Below are positions 49,647-59,400 of a DNA stretch of 64,000 bases, one piece after another. Below the pieces are notes generated by a model, which searched no databases, had not been told where the DNA came from, and saw only the letters and a list, made by a program, of their open reading frames with translations. The position numbers were made by a program, and so were the translations under genes. The stretch's first letter is position 1. Each line of letters opens with the position of its first letter. Source of the DNA: a virus; the IMG/VR virus record IMGVR_UViG_3300033149_005152, positions 34,586 to 98,585 of that record, one strand, 5' to 3'.

Positions 49647-52600
49647 TTATGAAATTCGAGTCATCTCAACAAATCTATCCACATTCATAGAAATAAATTC
49701 CCTAAATTCTTTTTCGGTTACAAACCATAATGTCTGCGGTTTATATTCACCTTTTGCATCCAAACCACCTATTCCACCAGCTAGAGTAAATGCTACTTGA
49801 AACGGAGGCATATTAGTTTCTTCCATTGGAATTCCAAATCTACCCAATCTCTCCAATGCTTGTTGTGTTACCACGGTAGATAATTTATGATAAATATTTT
49901 CAGGATTATCAAATCCAGCTTCTTTATAAATTCTATAAACTGACTTCAAATATCTTTCTCCATCCGCCCCTAATTTTCCTTCAAGAGCTTCTATCTCCCA
50001 ATTAGTTAAATTAATATAATCTCTCTGCATCAAAACTTTACCTAATTGTCTTTGTGGATGAAGCTGGCGATCCTTCTTTAATAATCTTAAATTTCTAAAG
50101 GCACATTTAGCACGTCTTTGCTCTTCAATAATATATCCAAAATGTGCTATATCTACGTCAGGCAACATCAATGCGGGCCATATGGGAGTATCCATACCAT
50201 TTTCCACATGTTCGTGGATACAATTGTGAACCACTATTCCATTAGCTACATAATTATGATTATCCTGAACCTCCATATTATAAACATCTGTTTTACCAAT
50301 TTTTTCTATTTTAGTAATTATATGATTTGATCTAAATCTTTCAAGATCACTTCTTCTTTGTATTTTTAATTCTTCCCATTTTTTTACTAATTCTGAAACA
50401 TCTTTATTATTCCTTTTATCATTTCTAATTTGTGCCAGCAATTTCCATTGTTCTTTAGACCATTTTTCTCTACTTTTTTGACCTATTTTCTTCTTTGTTT
50501 CTTCAGAATGATGTCTCCCAAAATTAGGATTATTTTTTCCACTCACATCATAATGATTTTTTGAAATCAACTTTTTTGTCCTTTCGGAAACAAATTTACC
50601 GAGGTGATGTAAAGAAACGTGATCCTTAGATTTCATTAATTCTAAATTATTAATAGAATTATTAAAAGTATTTTTATCTTTATGATGCCCATCTCCATCA
50701 AATTTACCATTCATAACTTCTAAAATATATCTATGTTCAGATACACGATTATTCTTTCTCAATATTTTGTCACTGCAATCAACATTATTTATTAACCAAT
50801 ATTTTTTTTCTAACATTCTTCTAAATGGTAAAAGTGAATCCCCAACTTTTAAATCTGATACATTTTTATAAATGTTATTGAATAACATCACCGGATGATT
50901 ACCGGTAATTTTCAACGAATCAACTTTTCCGGTATATCCATCTTTATACGTCATTTTGTATACATCAACATTTCTACCAATACATTGAACATCCAAAATT
51001 GGTTTTAATTGGAATTTATTTAATTTTCTATTATAAGAATAACAATATTCATCCTTATAATTATTTACTAAATCTTTTATTGGTATTCCATTGGGATATT
51101 TGGATAAATCTCTCGGCATATCAATACAAGTATCACCAGATACACAACCATAAAACTTATATCCTTTAAAATTTCTAAATAATCTAGCTGGAACATCTGG
51201 TGTTACGTCCTTTAAATCTATACTTAAATGTTGTTGTCTAATTATGAAACATTCAAAAATTTCAGTACCAACATACTTTCTAAGATTATGAGGTCTTACC
51301 AATAATTCATCTGCATCAATCCAAAGAATAAAATCTCCAGTAGCTTTTTCTATAGATTTATTTCTAGCCCAACCAAAATTAAACAACCCGTCCCCATCAG
51401 GATCATCAGTTTCTTCATATACTATTGCACCTAATTCCTTTGCAATTTCTACCGTTCTATCGGAAGAATTACATGAAACAACAATTATTTCATCCACTAC
51501 GTCCCTAAATGACTTAATACATCTTCCTATATTATCTTCTTCATTCTTAGCAATCATACAAGCAGAAACACTTTTATATGGTCTTGTTATCAATATCTTT
51601 TTATCTACATCATATTCTCCGGTTTCTCTACTTTTATCCTTATGATACCTTATTAACCATGCTGCTATTAAATCACCTCGTGGATTTATTGCAAGGGGGG
51701 AATGTTGCAATTCAAAATCTTTTTTCTTACCAAATATTTCTTTTAGATTATTAAATTTATAATGATGAATGTGGTATCTCGATTTCCCTTGTTTTTCATA
51801 TGATTGCCACTCCATAGGGCCACTAGGAATTGTAAATATAATTAATCCATCTTCAACACACAAATCTTCCATCATATCAATATATTTTTTGTAATCCACA
51901 ACATGTTCAAGAAATTCTCCCGCAACAACCACATCATATTTATCGCCTTTAAAATCTTTATGATAATCCTCTAAATCAGAATGAATAAATGTAGGCTTAG
52001 AAATATTTCTATCTAATTGCTCATTACAAAATTCCTTGGCTACCTGTAAAACACCCTCAGTAAAATCAATTCCCGTGTAATCCACTTCCGGATTTTTAAG
52101 CATAACAGTAGTCGCTATACCACCAGCACCACAACCCACATCTAAAACACGTAACTTATTATTCCCCTTTAATCTTCGTTCATCGGCTATAAATTCTGCT
52201 ACTGCACGAAACCTTGCATTAATCTTCCATTTATCATTCGCCCATAATGCAGTATTTTCATTAAAATATTGTTCCTTATCAATCCCAACATTATCCATAA
52301 TTTCCTGAGAAATTGGTAATTCCGGTAAATCTTCCCGTTTTGCAAGGTAATGGGCAGTAACATGATCTGAATAATAAGAAAGATTCTGCCATATTTTAGA
52401 CCAATTTTTATTTGCTCTTCGAGTAAATAATTCTATTATTTTATTTTCCCATTCTTCAGCCCTATCTTTCCAACTATAATTCTTTTTAACAAAATCAATT
52501 CCTTCTTTTGCTATCCTATCATACAATTGTTTATTTTCAACAAATTCAAAAACCCTATTCGTAAAATCTTTCTGGTATTTTTCCGTTTCTAAATCACCTT

Positions 52601-53507
52601 TAACTCTACATTCATGAAATGGAACTGTCTCTGGTAATGCAAAATTATCAGTGCATATAATAGGAGTTCCCATTACTTGAGCACTAATAGCAGAAATACA
52701 TTGTATTTCTGGGAACTTACTAGGATAAATCATTAACTTAGAAGATGCCAACCATCGTAAATAATCATCCTGTTTCAACTGTCCTAAATTTACAACATTA
52801 GGAGTTTGATTTATTAATTGATTAATATAATCATAAAATTGCGTTAGATGTTCCGGTATGGGTAATCCCCGTATATCATACCCACATAACATTAATTCAG
52901 CTCTAGGATTTCTTTTTAATATTTGAGGCCATATATTCTCCAGTAACTGTTGTAATCCACGTTCAGGTCTAGATGAATAAATAAATCTGTCCTCATTCTT
53001 TTTAATTTTCCCCTCATCAAATTCTTGCCATACTTGGTCTACCATATCCATATCAAGGCCATTAGATGTAACCCAGATATGAGGATCAATTTCAGGAAAT
53101 TCTTTTGTAAATAATTCTTTATGAAAACGGCTTAAACAAAAAATATGATCCGTTTGCCACAAATGAGATGCAAAATGTGCAACATTTACCAATACGTCAT
53201 GATTTACAAGAATATTTAATTCAGAACGAAATCTTGTAACCAACTGGTCATAAAACCTATATACAAAAAATACATCAAACTCGGCCACTGTTCTAATTTT
53301 ATCAAAATTATCAAAATGATGATAATATACCCCATCATACAGACCAGGAGCATCACAATTGCACCATACCTTCACATCATGTCCTCGTGCGGCCATTTCC
53401 TTGGCCATCATAAGAAGGGCTGTTTCTGATCCCCCTAAAGCCCTTTCTTTTAATGTTCGACCAGAAAACTTCAGACCCTGAGTGTAAAAACCTATTAAAA
53501 ACTTCAT
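49647..53507 (-). CDS. multidomain GT-B (GT4-like) glycosyltransferase / SAM methyltransferase / GT-A (GT2-like) glycosyltransferase, interrupted by an intein
   Basis: LGGSET, YSSRPERGL, YPS.FPE; VLDVGCGAG, EFLEHV; CMIAKNEE, F..ARN, WIDADE, HE, HFGY. Confidence 0.9.
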   Translation of the reverse strand: MKFLIGFYTQGLKFSGRTLKERALGGSETALLMMAKEMAARGHDVKVWCNCDAPGLYDGVYYHHFDNFDKIRTVAEFDVFFVYRFYDQLVTRFRSELNILVNHDVLVNVAHFASHLWQTDHIFCLSRFHKELFTKEFPEIDPHIWVTSNGLDMDMVDQVWQEFDEGKIKKNEDRFIYSSRPERGLQQLLENIWPQILKRNPRAELMLCGYDIRGLPIPEHLTQFYDYINQLINQTPNVVNLGQLKQDDYLRWLASSKLMIYPSKFPEIQCISAISAQVMGTPIICTDNFALPETVPFHECRVKGDLETEKYQKDFTNRVFEFVENKQLYDRIAKEGIDFVKKNYSWKDRAEEWENKIIELFTRRANKNWSKIWQNLSYYSDHVTAHYLAKREDLPELPISQEIMDNVGIDKEQYFNENTALWANDKWKINARFRAVAEFIADERRLKGNNKLRVLDVGCGAGGIATTVMLKNPEVDYTGIDFTEGVLQVAKEFCNEQLDRNISKPTFIHSDLEDYHKDFKGDKYDVVVAGEFLEHVVDYKKYIDMMEDLCVEDGLIIFTIPSGPMEWQSYEKQGKSRYHIHHYKFNNLKEIFGKKKDFELQHSPLAINPRGDLIAAWLIRYHKDKSRETGEYDVDKKILITRPYKSVSACMIAKNEEDNIGRCIKSFRDVVDEIIVVSCNSSDRTVEIAKELGAIVYEETDDPDGDGLFNFGWARNKSIEKATGDFILWIDADELLVRPHNLRKYVGTEIFECFIIRQQHLSIDLKDVTPDVPARLFRNFKGYKFYGCVSGDTCIDMPRDLSKYPNGIPIKDLVNNYKDEYCYSYNRKLNKFQLKPILDVQCIGRNVDVYKMTYKDGYTGKVDSLKITGNHPVMLFNNIYKNVSDLKVGDSLLPFRRMLEKKYWLINNVDCSDKILRKNNRVSEHRYILEVMNGKFDGDGHHKDKNTFNNSINNLELMKSKDHVSLHHLGKFVSERTKKLISKNHYDVSGKNNPNFGRHHSEETKKKIGQKSREKWSKEQWKLLAQIRNDKRNNKDVSELVKKWEELKIQRRSDLERFRSNHIITKIEKIGKTDVYNMEVQDNHNYVANGIVVHNCIHEHVENGMDTPIWPALMLPDVDIAHFGYIIEEQRRAKCAFRNLRLLKKDRQLHPQRQLGKVLMQRDYINLTNWEIEALEGKLGADGERYLKSVYRIYKEAGFDNPENIYHKLSTVVTQQALERLGRFGIPMEETNMPPFQVAFTLAGGIGGLDAKGEYKPQTLWFVTEKEFREFISMNVDRFVEMTRIS
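50223..51146 (-). mobile_element. intein (308 aa) with HNH homing endonuclease and NUMOD3-like motifs
   Basis: G|CVSGDT start, ITGNHP block B, HHKDKNTFNN HNH, VYNMEVQDNHNYVANGIVVHN|C end. Confidence 0.92.
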
Positions 53508-53535
53508 TTAATCTCCTTTCCGGATAAATAATTAT

Positions 53536-53847
53536 TTAATAAGGAAATTGAAGATGAAAATGTCCATCTCCTGTTTCCATAAAAAGCCTAATATGTTTAA
53601 GTTCGTGTCGTAATACTTCTTCCCAATCTTTACCAGGCTCTATTATTACAAGATATGGGTAAGTTGTAACTGCCATTCCTTTATCAACATGTCTAAAAAT
53701 AAATTTTATTTTATTATAATCAACATTTTCTTCAACGCATATTTGCTCAACAATTTCTTTAGGTGGAGGCCAAGAATATTCACAAATTGAAAAATGAGCA
53801 CATCCAAAAGTAAAAATAAAAAATAACATAATTATTAATTTCTTCAT
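53536..53847 (-). CDS. putative lipoprotein with HExxH motif
   Basis: Signal peptide with FTFGC lipobox-like site; LRHELKH. Confidence 0.55.
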   Translation of the reverse strand: MKKLIIMLFFIFTFGCAHFSICEYSWPPPKEIVEQICVEENVDYNKIKFIFRHVDKGMAVTTYPYLVIIEPGKDWEEVLRHELKHIRLFMETGDGHFHLQFPY

Positions 53848-54335
53848 TACGGCCCATAATCTCCATTTTTTATTGGTAAAGGAACTTCATCACCCAAAGT
53901 TAACTTTTCATCAGGATAACTAAATATTAACGCCCTATTATTAAAATCAAGATGGGCTTCCTTTGGTATAGGCCTATTTTTCCATTTTAAAATTTTATTA
54001 CCAATTGGTTTTAATGCCTTTATTATTGCTTTTCTGCAATTTTGTAATGTTTCAACTTTAGTTTTTCCAAATGGTACTTCAAAACCCCTTGCCCCAATTT
54101 GATTACCTTTTTCGTCAATAATAGAAACAGAAAATATCACTACTCGTTTTGATGTATCAGCATGCAAATTTCTAATAACACCTCTAACTGTTACACCTGT
54201 AATTTCCTGTTTTTCCTGCGCAAATGAAGGAATATAAATTCCTAAACATAAAATTAAAGCCAATATAAAGAAAAACTTTTTCTTTATCAATTCAACACCT
54301 CCTTTAAAAATTTTTATATGGATTTGTAAAGGCAA
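53847..54335 (-). CDS. exported hypothetical protein
   Basis: KKKFFFILALILCLGIYIPSFA signal peptide; true start probably internal. Confidence 0.55.
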   Translation of the reverse strand: MPLQIHIKIFKGGVELIKKKFFFILALILCLGIYIPSFAQEKQEITGVTVRGVIRNLHADTSKRVVIFSVSIIDEKGNQIGARGFEVPFGKTKVETLQNCRKAIIKALKPIGNKILKWKNRPIPKEAHLDFNNRALIFSYPDEKLTLGDEVPLPIKNGDYGP

Positions 54336-56697
54336 ATTTTAACGGAAAATCATCAAACCCGATGTCCGCTCTGGGTGCTACGCCAGTGATAATCCCACCC
54401 GTCAACCTCTGCCAGAGGCGGATTTGGTTGACGGTCAAGGCTGTGCCGTTGTAAATTACTATGTGGGCGAGGTAGCCGTTGATGGCATTAACATTCGTAT
54501 TTGCATCTCCAATGTAAAGATTATCTTCAGAATCAACTAAAGTTGCTTCGATATTATCAGTATATAATGTTTGAAGTATTAAATTCCCGTTCAAATCACC
54601 TACATAAATTCTCTTTTCGGGAACTGAGCCATCATAAATGAAAGCAACAAAAAACCATTTATTAGGGCCAGTGGAGGGCACTATGGGAGAACTCGTTGTA
54701 TAACTCGTATCAATACCACCAGAGTCAAATAGAGAAAAACCAATTTCATCCGTTTTTCCAAAATAAAGTGTGGAACCAGCGTATTTACGAGCAAGATGGC
54801 CTTTGTAATTATGTGTGCCTTCCCCCATATCTCTCAAATAAACCCATCCCATCCATGTTCCCGCCGTCGCCCCATCAAAATTCAAATCTCCGCCAGCCTG
54901 CACCGGAGGGCCGGTGATATAGGCATAATGAGTTGTCCCGTATCGGTAGTATTCCTCAATGGGCGTGCACTCAACCATATTGTGGCTCAGGGGCAGAGTT
55001 CCTACCGCATCGTCAAGCTGGTGCCAGCAGGAGACCTCGTCAACAAATATAGAACCACCAGCCGTTTCGCTGGCTATTACAAGATCATGAGTTGTGTCAG
55101 TTGCAATGAACTCGAACTCGAACCAGGTCATAGTAACATCAGTATCCGCTATCGAATCGGAAGCCCCACCTATGCCGGTGATTGAGAACGAACCTGTCCC
55201 CACGGTATCGCTCATCGCTTTGAAATAAACATGGTATCTTTCGCCAACGGTGAGGCCGGATACAGTCCAAGTTAAGCTCACATCAGCGCCATTACCTGCA
55301 CCCTTTCTAAGCTCGGCACAATAAGTGCCTTCACTATTGTTACTCGTGTCTGCATCAATCCAGCCCCAATCAGGAGAGTTTTCCGTTATGCCGTTAAAAT
55401 CATCATTAAAAATGCGTTTGAGGGAGGTGGAGTCATAGAAGGTGGTGCCAGTTGCTATTACTGTTGCCCCAGAAAACTTAACATGACCTGTTATATCATC
55501 AGCCGTTTTAAAATATTTTATTCTGTTTAAATAATTTGTATTTTCAACATTATTATTATAATTTACTCCACTATCATAAGAAGCATCTGCTAAATCTAAA
55601 ATACCAAATGCTGAAACTCCACTGCCTGTATTTCTTCTTTTCCAAAGAGATAATTTATAAGGAATATCAGTAATTAATGTAACATTTTGCAAAATGCCTT
55701 CACTACTCTCCTCGTCATCATCCACCACCACAGCGTGCCACGTCCCCGCCTTCGGAGCGGTCTTGCCTGCGCTTCCTTCGGTCATTCCGCTTTTTGTCCA
55801 GCCATCAACGTCCTGCTGTTTGAAGGTGAAGTCGTCAAAGTAGGCGATGCCGCCTTCGGTGGAGGGACAATAGAAAAAGAATGATAAACTAACGCAACCA
55901 GTAGGAACATTTAAAGTATCTGTTATTTCAGTATAATCTGTCCCTGTAATTCCTGTCGCCGTCCAAGTGATAATCGTAGCCGCATTTGTTTCATCATAAA
56001 CATAATATCTCCCGTCATGCGTTCCATCACCACGTGTCCAAAATGAATATTTTAGGGTTGTACTTGGAACAACACTTATAGTTTGAGCAATACGAGTATT
56101 AACAGAAGCCCCCGCAGTTATCTTGGCAGCATCGCTTCCACCATGAATAATCGTTGTCTCATTTGCCAATGCACCATCAGATGCAACCTCACTCCAATTC
56201 GCCCAAATATCCGCACCGCCAGCACCGGCATCCTCAAACCCACCGTTATCTGCTAAATCAGTACCATCCGAAACATTCTCAAAATCGGGATTGACTAAAA
56301 TCTCATCCCCAAGGTGATTATCCGCCGTCCCAGTGAAGTCCTCAAATCCGCCGTTAGGAACAAGATTTGGGCCAACAAGCCTATCCCCCGCTTGCCTCCA
56401 TGCAGCGGCATTAGACAGCGTCAAGTCATTACCGCCAATAGTGTCCTCAATATTAGTACCTGCTCCCTCTTTCATGGGCCAGTAAGCAGTAGGTATAGGT
56501 AAATTCTCTATCTCTTTATTCCATGCAGTAGTCATAAACGGGGTAAGACGTTTAGGACTATAAAAACCTAAAATTTTTAATTTATCCACAGCTTTCGCCG
56601 AAAAATTAAAACCCGACCCTATTTGTACATAAAATAAAGAGAAAAACAAAAAAGATACAATTATAAAACTTGTTACAAAAATAGATAATTTTCTCAT
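54304..56697 (-). CDS. exported LamG/concanavalin-like protein with three CBM4/9-like modules
   Basis: N-terminal TM/signal; AYWPMKEGAG..IED; three N..FE motifs; WFFVAFIYDG...IG...NGY...IY...ALT. Confidence 0.75.
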   Translation of the reverse strand: MRKLSIFVTSFIIVSFLFFSLFYVQIGSGFNFSAKAVDKLKILGFYSPKRLTPFMTTAWNKEIENLPIPTAYWPMKEGAGTNIEDTIGGNDLTLSNAAAWRQAGDRLVGPNLVPNGGFEDFTGTADNHLGDEILVNPDFENVSDGTDLADNGGFEDAGAGGADIWANWSEVASDGALANETTIIHGGSDAAKITAGASVNTRIAQTISVVPSTTLKYSFWTRGDGTHDGRYYVYDETNAATIITWTATGITGTDYTEITDTLNVPTGCVSLSFFFYCPSTEGGIAYFDDFTFKQQDVDGWTKSGMTEGSAGKTAPKAGTWHAVVVDDDEESSEGILQNVTLITDIPYKLSLWKRRNTGSGVSAFGILDLADASYDSGVNYNNNVENTNYLNRIKYFKTADDITGHVKFSGATVIATGTTFYDSTSLKRIFNDDFNGITENSPDWGWIDADTSNNSEGTYCAELRKGAGNGADVSLTWTVSGLTVGERYHVYFKAMSDTVGTGSFSITGIGGASDSIADTDVTMTWFEFEFIATDTTHDLVIASETAGGSIFVDEVSCWHQLDDAVGTLPLSHNMVECTPIEEYYRYGTTHYAYITGPPVQAGGDLNFDGATAGTWMGWVYLRDMGEGTHNYKGHLARKYAGSTLYFGKTDEIGFSLFDSGGIDTSYTTSSPIVPSTGPNKWFFVAFIYDGSVPEKRIYVGDLNGNLILQTLYTDNIEATLVDSEDNLYIGDANTNVNAINGYLAHIVIYNGTALTVNQIRLWQRLTGGIITGVAPRADIGFDDFPLKFAFTNPYKNF

Positions 56698-56730
56698 TAT
56701 TATATATTAAATTCACTTCCCTCCTAACTG

Positions 56731-57108
56731 TTATGGATAAGTCGTATTAGACAAAGCAACACTAGCATGTAATTTATCTCCTGAAACATTTGAAGTAACT
56801 TTGAGACCGATTGCAATAAACGAACATCGCTCTACAGGAATAGGAATTGCTTCCCCATAAGTTTCCGCTGCACTATATGGTTTTGTATACAAACTACACC
56901 ATATTGAACCTACCTTCCCTAGAATTATAAATTCAGCACTTGTAGATTTAAGAGTTTCAACCCAAACACCTACTGTTACTTCATTATAATCCTGCACATC
57001 TATTTGAACAGCAGTATGATCTGTTTCTCCCGCCTCATTAAAAATGTAATCAGTGGAAGTGCAATCAAAAGCAGTAAATATATCTTTTTCATGCGTTAAT
57101 ATAGCCAA
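56731..57108 (-). CDS. hypothetical beta-rich (probably virion) protein
   Basis: ORF with TTG start and GGTGG SD. Confidence 0.55.
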   Translation of the reverse strand: MAILTHEKDIFTAFDCTSTDYIFNEAGETDHTAVQIDVQDYNEVTVGVWVETLKSTSAEFIILGKVGSIWCSLYTKPYSAAETYGEAIPIPVERCSFIAIGLKVTSNVSGDKLHASVALSNTTYP

Positions 57109-57142
57109 TTATTTTTCACCCACCTTTTATTAATTAAATTCA

Positions 57143-57268
57143 TCACATATCTAATATTCTATAAACAGTACTTGAACTAATATTATAAAAATTAGCTAAT
57201 TTAGAACCATTTTCGCCTCTTAAATAAGAATCAACAATTTTTTGTTTAATTAAAATATCTAATTCCAT
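57143..57268 (-). pseudogene. 41-aa HTH-only ORF, possible remnant of a homing endonuclease or regulator
   Basis: MELDILIKQKIVDSYLRGENGSKLANFYNISSSTVYRILDM*; not in the ORF track. Confidence 0.45.
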
Positions 57269-57303
57269 AAAATTCCTTTTTAATTTTTAGTTAATTAAAT
57301 TCA

Positions 57304-57702
57304 TCAATCGAGCGAAATTTTCAACGCATTCTCAGCAAACTTGGGAGTATCCCCATCACCAATTGCTTTAGCTGCATCTAATGATCCCCATGCAACCATA
57401 TTACCAGCTTCACTTGCCGAAAATAATCCAAAATAATTTATAGTACCCCATGAACCAGTCGCTTCTGGAAATACAATAGACGTTGCATTTTCCGTTGACC
57501 CACCAGCAGCAACATCCCAATCAGTCTCTAGAGTATGTACCCTCGCATAGCCATCACCGGAATGTTCCCCTGATAAATTAGTTTCTCCGCTCAGTCCAGT
57601 TCCTAAACCAACATACAAACTTTCATGAGGTGTCCAATTACGAGTACCACAACCAAATATATGATCTAATATTTCTAATTCATAAGCATCCGAAAGACTC
57701 AT
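57304..57702 (-). CDS. conserved phage virion protein (tail/fibre-associated)
   Basis: LSD..E..ILDH...YVGL...GE.SG.GYARV...FP.ATGSWGTI..FGLF...GN pattern common in phage structural regions. Confidence 0.7.
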   Translation of the reverse strand: MSLSDAYELEILDHIFGCGTRNWTPHESLYVGLGTGLSGETNLSGEHSGDGYARVHTLETDWDVAAGGSTENATSIVFPEATGSWGTINYFGLFSASEAGNMVAWGSLDAAKAIGDGDTPKFAENALKISLD

Positions 57703-57728
57703 TTTATTAATAAAACCTCCTTAAAATT

Positions 57729-58583
57729 TTATCTACTTCTTTTAACTAATTTTTTGTAATATTTTCTACCTACAGGAGTTTGAAATAATGGATATTCTTT
57801 TACAGGTATCTCCATAACTTTTATTCCCTTCTTTTTCAACAAAACATGAAAATCCCAATTATTTTTGCCCTTTTCCAAACGAGATTGAGACCACTTCTGA
57901 ACTTCTGTAGCACTAGGCCATTTTCCACCTTTCAACCTCTCATATCTATAAACAATTCTTTTATTGGGAACAACAATATCAAATATTTTCGGTTGTGTAA
58001 CAGCACTCAAATTTAAATCTTGTTGAGAAATAGTTTGTAATTTTTGCTGTTTCACTAAAAATCTTGTACTATTGTAAGCCATTTTACGTAATGAATATTC
58101 TTTACTTCTAGGATTCATCCGAGAAAGATCATATCTCATTTCTTTTTTTAACTCTTTTAGCTCTTTTATATCCATACCCATAACTTTTTTTAAGGGTACT
58201 TTAGGATGATTATGTATCATCCAACTATGCCCTTTCACCATAAAAGGCGATCTCACAAATTGCCCAGTCTTTACATCAAGAACACCAGTATCGGACATTC
58301 TTTCTAAACCAATAGAAGGAAGTCTTACTCCATATTTTTGTCCTTTTATAACTTGACCAGTAGAAGGTAAAAGTAAAGTTTCCCTCCCATAACTTGTCAA
58401 TGCTCTCTCAGGGATTAATCTTTCTCTTCTTCTTTTTCTAAAAGAACGAGCTAATAATTCACGTAAACGAGGATTTCTAGCTATAGATTTAGCAAACCTT
58501 TTTATCGGAACAGGTTGAGTAACCCATTTTCCCAACTTTTTAGAAAAAAATCTTAATTGTTTTATTCTGGCCAATAAAGACAC
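57729..58583 (-). CDS. basic protein with JAB/JAMM-like domain (motif split by an insertion)
   Basis: QLRFF leader; RE...IHNHP...[insert]...ISQQD; paralog of the 60402 protein. Confidence 0.6.
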   Translation of the reverse strand: MSLLARIKQLRFFSKKLGKWVTQPVPIKRFAKSIARNPRLRELLARSFRKRRRERLIPERALTSYGRETLLLPSTGQVIKGQKYGVRLPSIGLERMSDTGVLDVKTGQFVRSPFMVKGHSWMIHNHPKVPLKKVMGMDIKELKELKKEMRYDLSRMNPRSKEYSLRKMAYNSTRFLVKQQKLQTISQQDLNLSAVTQPKIFDIVVPNKRIVYRYERLKGGKWPSATEVQKWSQSRLEKGKNNWDFHVLLKKKGIKVMEIPVKEYPLFQTPVGRKYYKKLVKRSR

Positions 58584-58591
58584 ATCCCATT

Positions 58592-58921
58592 TTAAAATTC
58601 TATTTGTCTTAAAATTTCACCTTTTTCATTTTTCTTAAGTTTATCCTCTTTTTTAACTTCTTCTGATTCCTTAATGGTAAAAGGAGATTTCATCATCACT
58701 CCTGTTTTTAAATCAGCAATTAGAGGCCAATCATTACGCTTTCTCGCTTGTTCTGCTCTTTCTATTAATAATTCACCCACATTTATTTCCCCAGAAGTTG
58801 TCGTAAACCCATCAGAAGAATCTGAATATCCAAATTTTTCATAATACCACGAAGGCCACCCAGACGCATCAACTACCGTTATTAATGTACCATTATTACA
58901 CGCAGTATTCGCAGTATCCAT
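58592..58921 (-). CDS. hypothetical protein
   Basis: ORF. Confidence 0.55.
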   Translation of the reverse strand: MDTANTACNNGTLITVVDASGWPSWYYEKFGYSDSSDGFTTTSGEINVGELLIERAEQARKRNDWPLIADLKTGVMMKSPFTIKESEEVKKEDKLKKNEKGEILRQIEF

Positions 58922-59391
58922 TATTTACTCCTCCTAATATAAAAATCTATCTTTTTAACCTTCTCATAAGTTAAATTATCAACTATTAAAGTTGGAGAAC
59001 GATTCAATTTAGAAATCCACAACATTTGTATATCACAATTATGCACTTTCTTACTTTCATTTATTAAATCGTTAGCATCTTTAACTAAATAATGAGATAA
59101 TTTTGTATTTCTAAATTCCTCTACTATAGATTGAAACATAAGGTGGTGATGAATTCCGTCATAAAATAATCCCATACATCCTATAGGAACCCATTTTTCT
59201 GGATTTAAAGCTACAAGAATTAAACCTCCTCGCATCAAGAAACCATTTAAAGAAACATCGTCTATATAATCAAAACCACTATTATTAATAATGGGAATTA
59301 AACCTCTTAAATATTCTTTACTTTTATCAGCATCGTCACCCAACAACATTCGATTTGATAAAACAACTAATTTATAAAATTCATCTTTCAT
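58921..59391 (-). CDS. hypothetical protein, possibly GNAT-like fold
   Basis: LILVA...PIGCMG...IVEEFRNTKLSHYLV resembles GNAT motif A (weak). Confidence 0.45.
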   Translation of the reverse strand: MKDEFYKLVVLSNRMLLGDDADKSKEYLRGLIPIINNSGFDYIDDVSLNGFLMRGGLILVALNPEKWVPIGCMGLFYDGIHHHLMFQSIVEEFRNTKLSHYLVKDANDLINESKKVHNCDIQMLWISKLNRSPTLIVDNLTYEKVKKIDFYIRRSK

Positions 59392-59400
59392 AATTATTTC

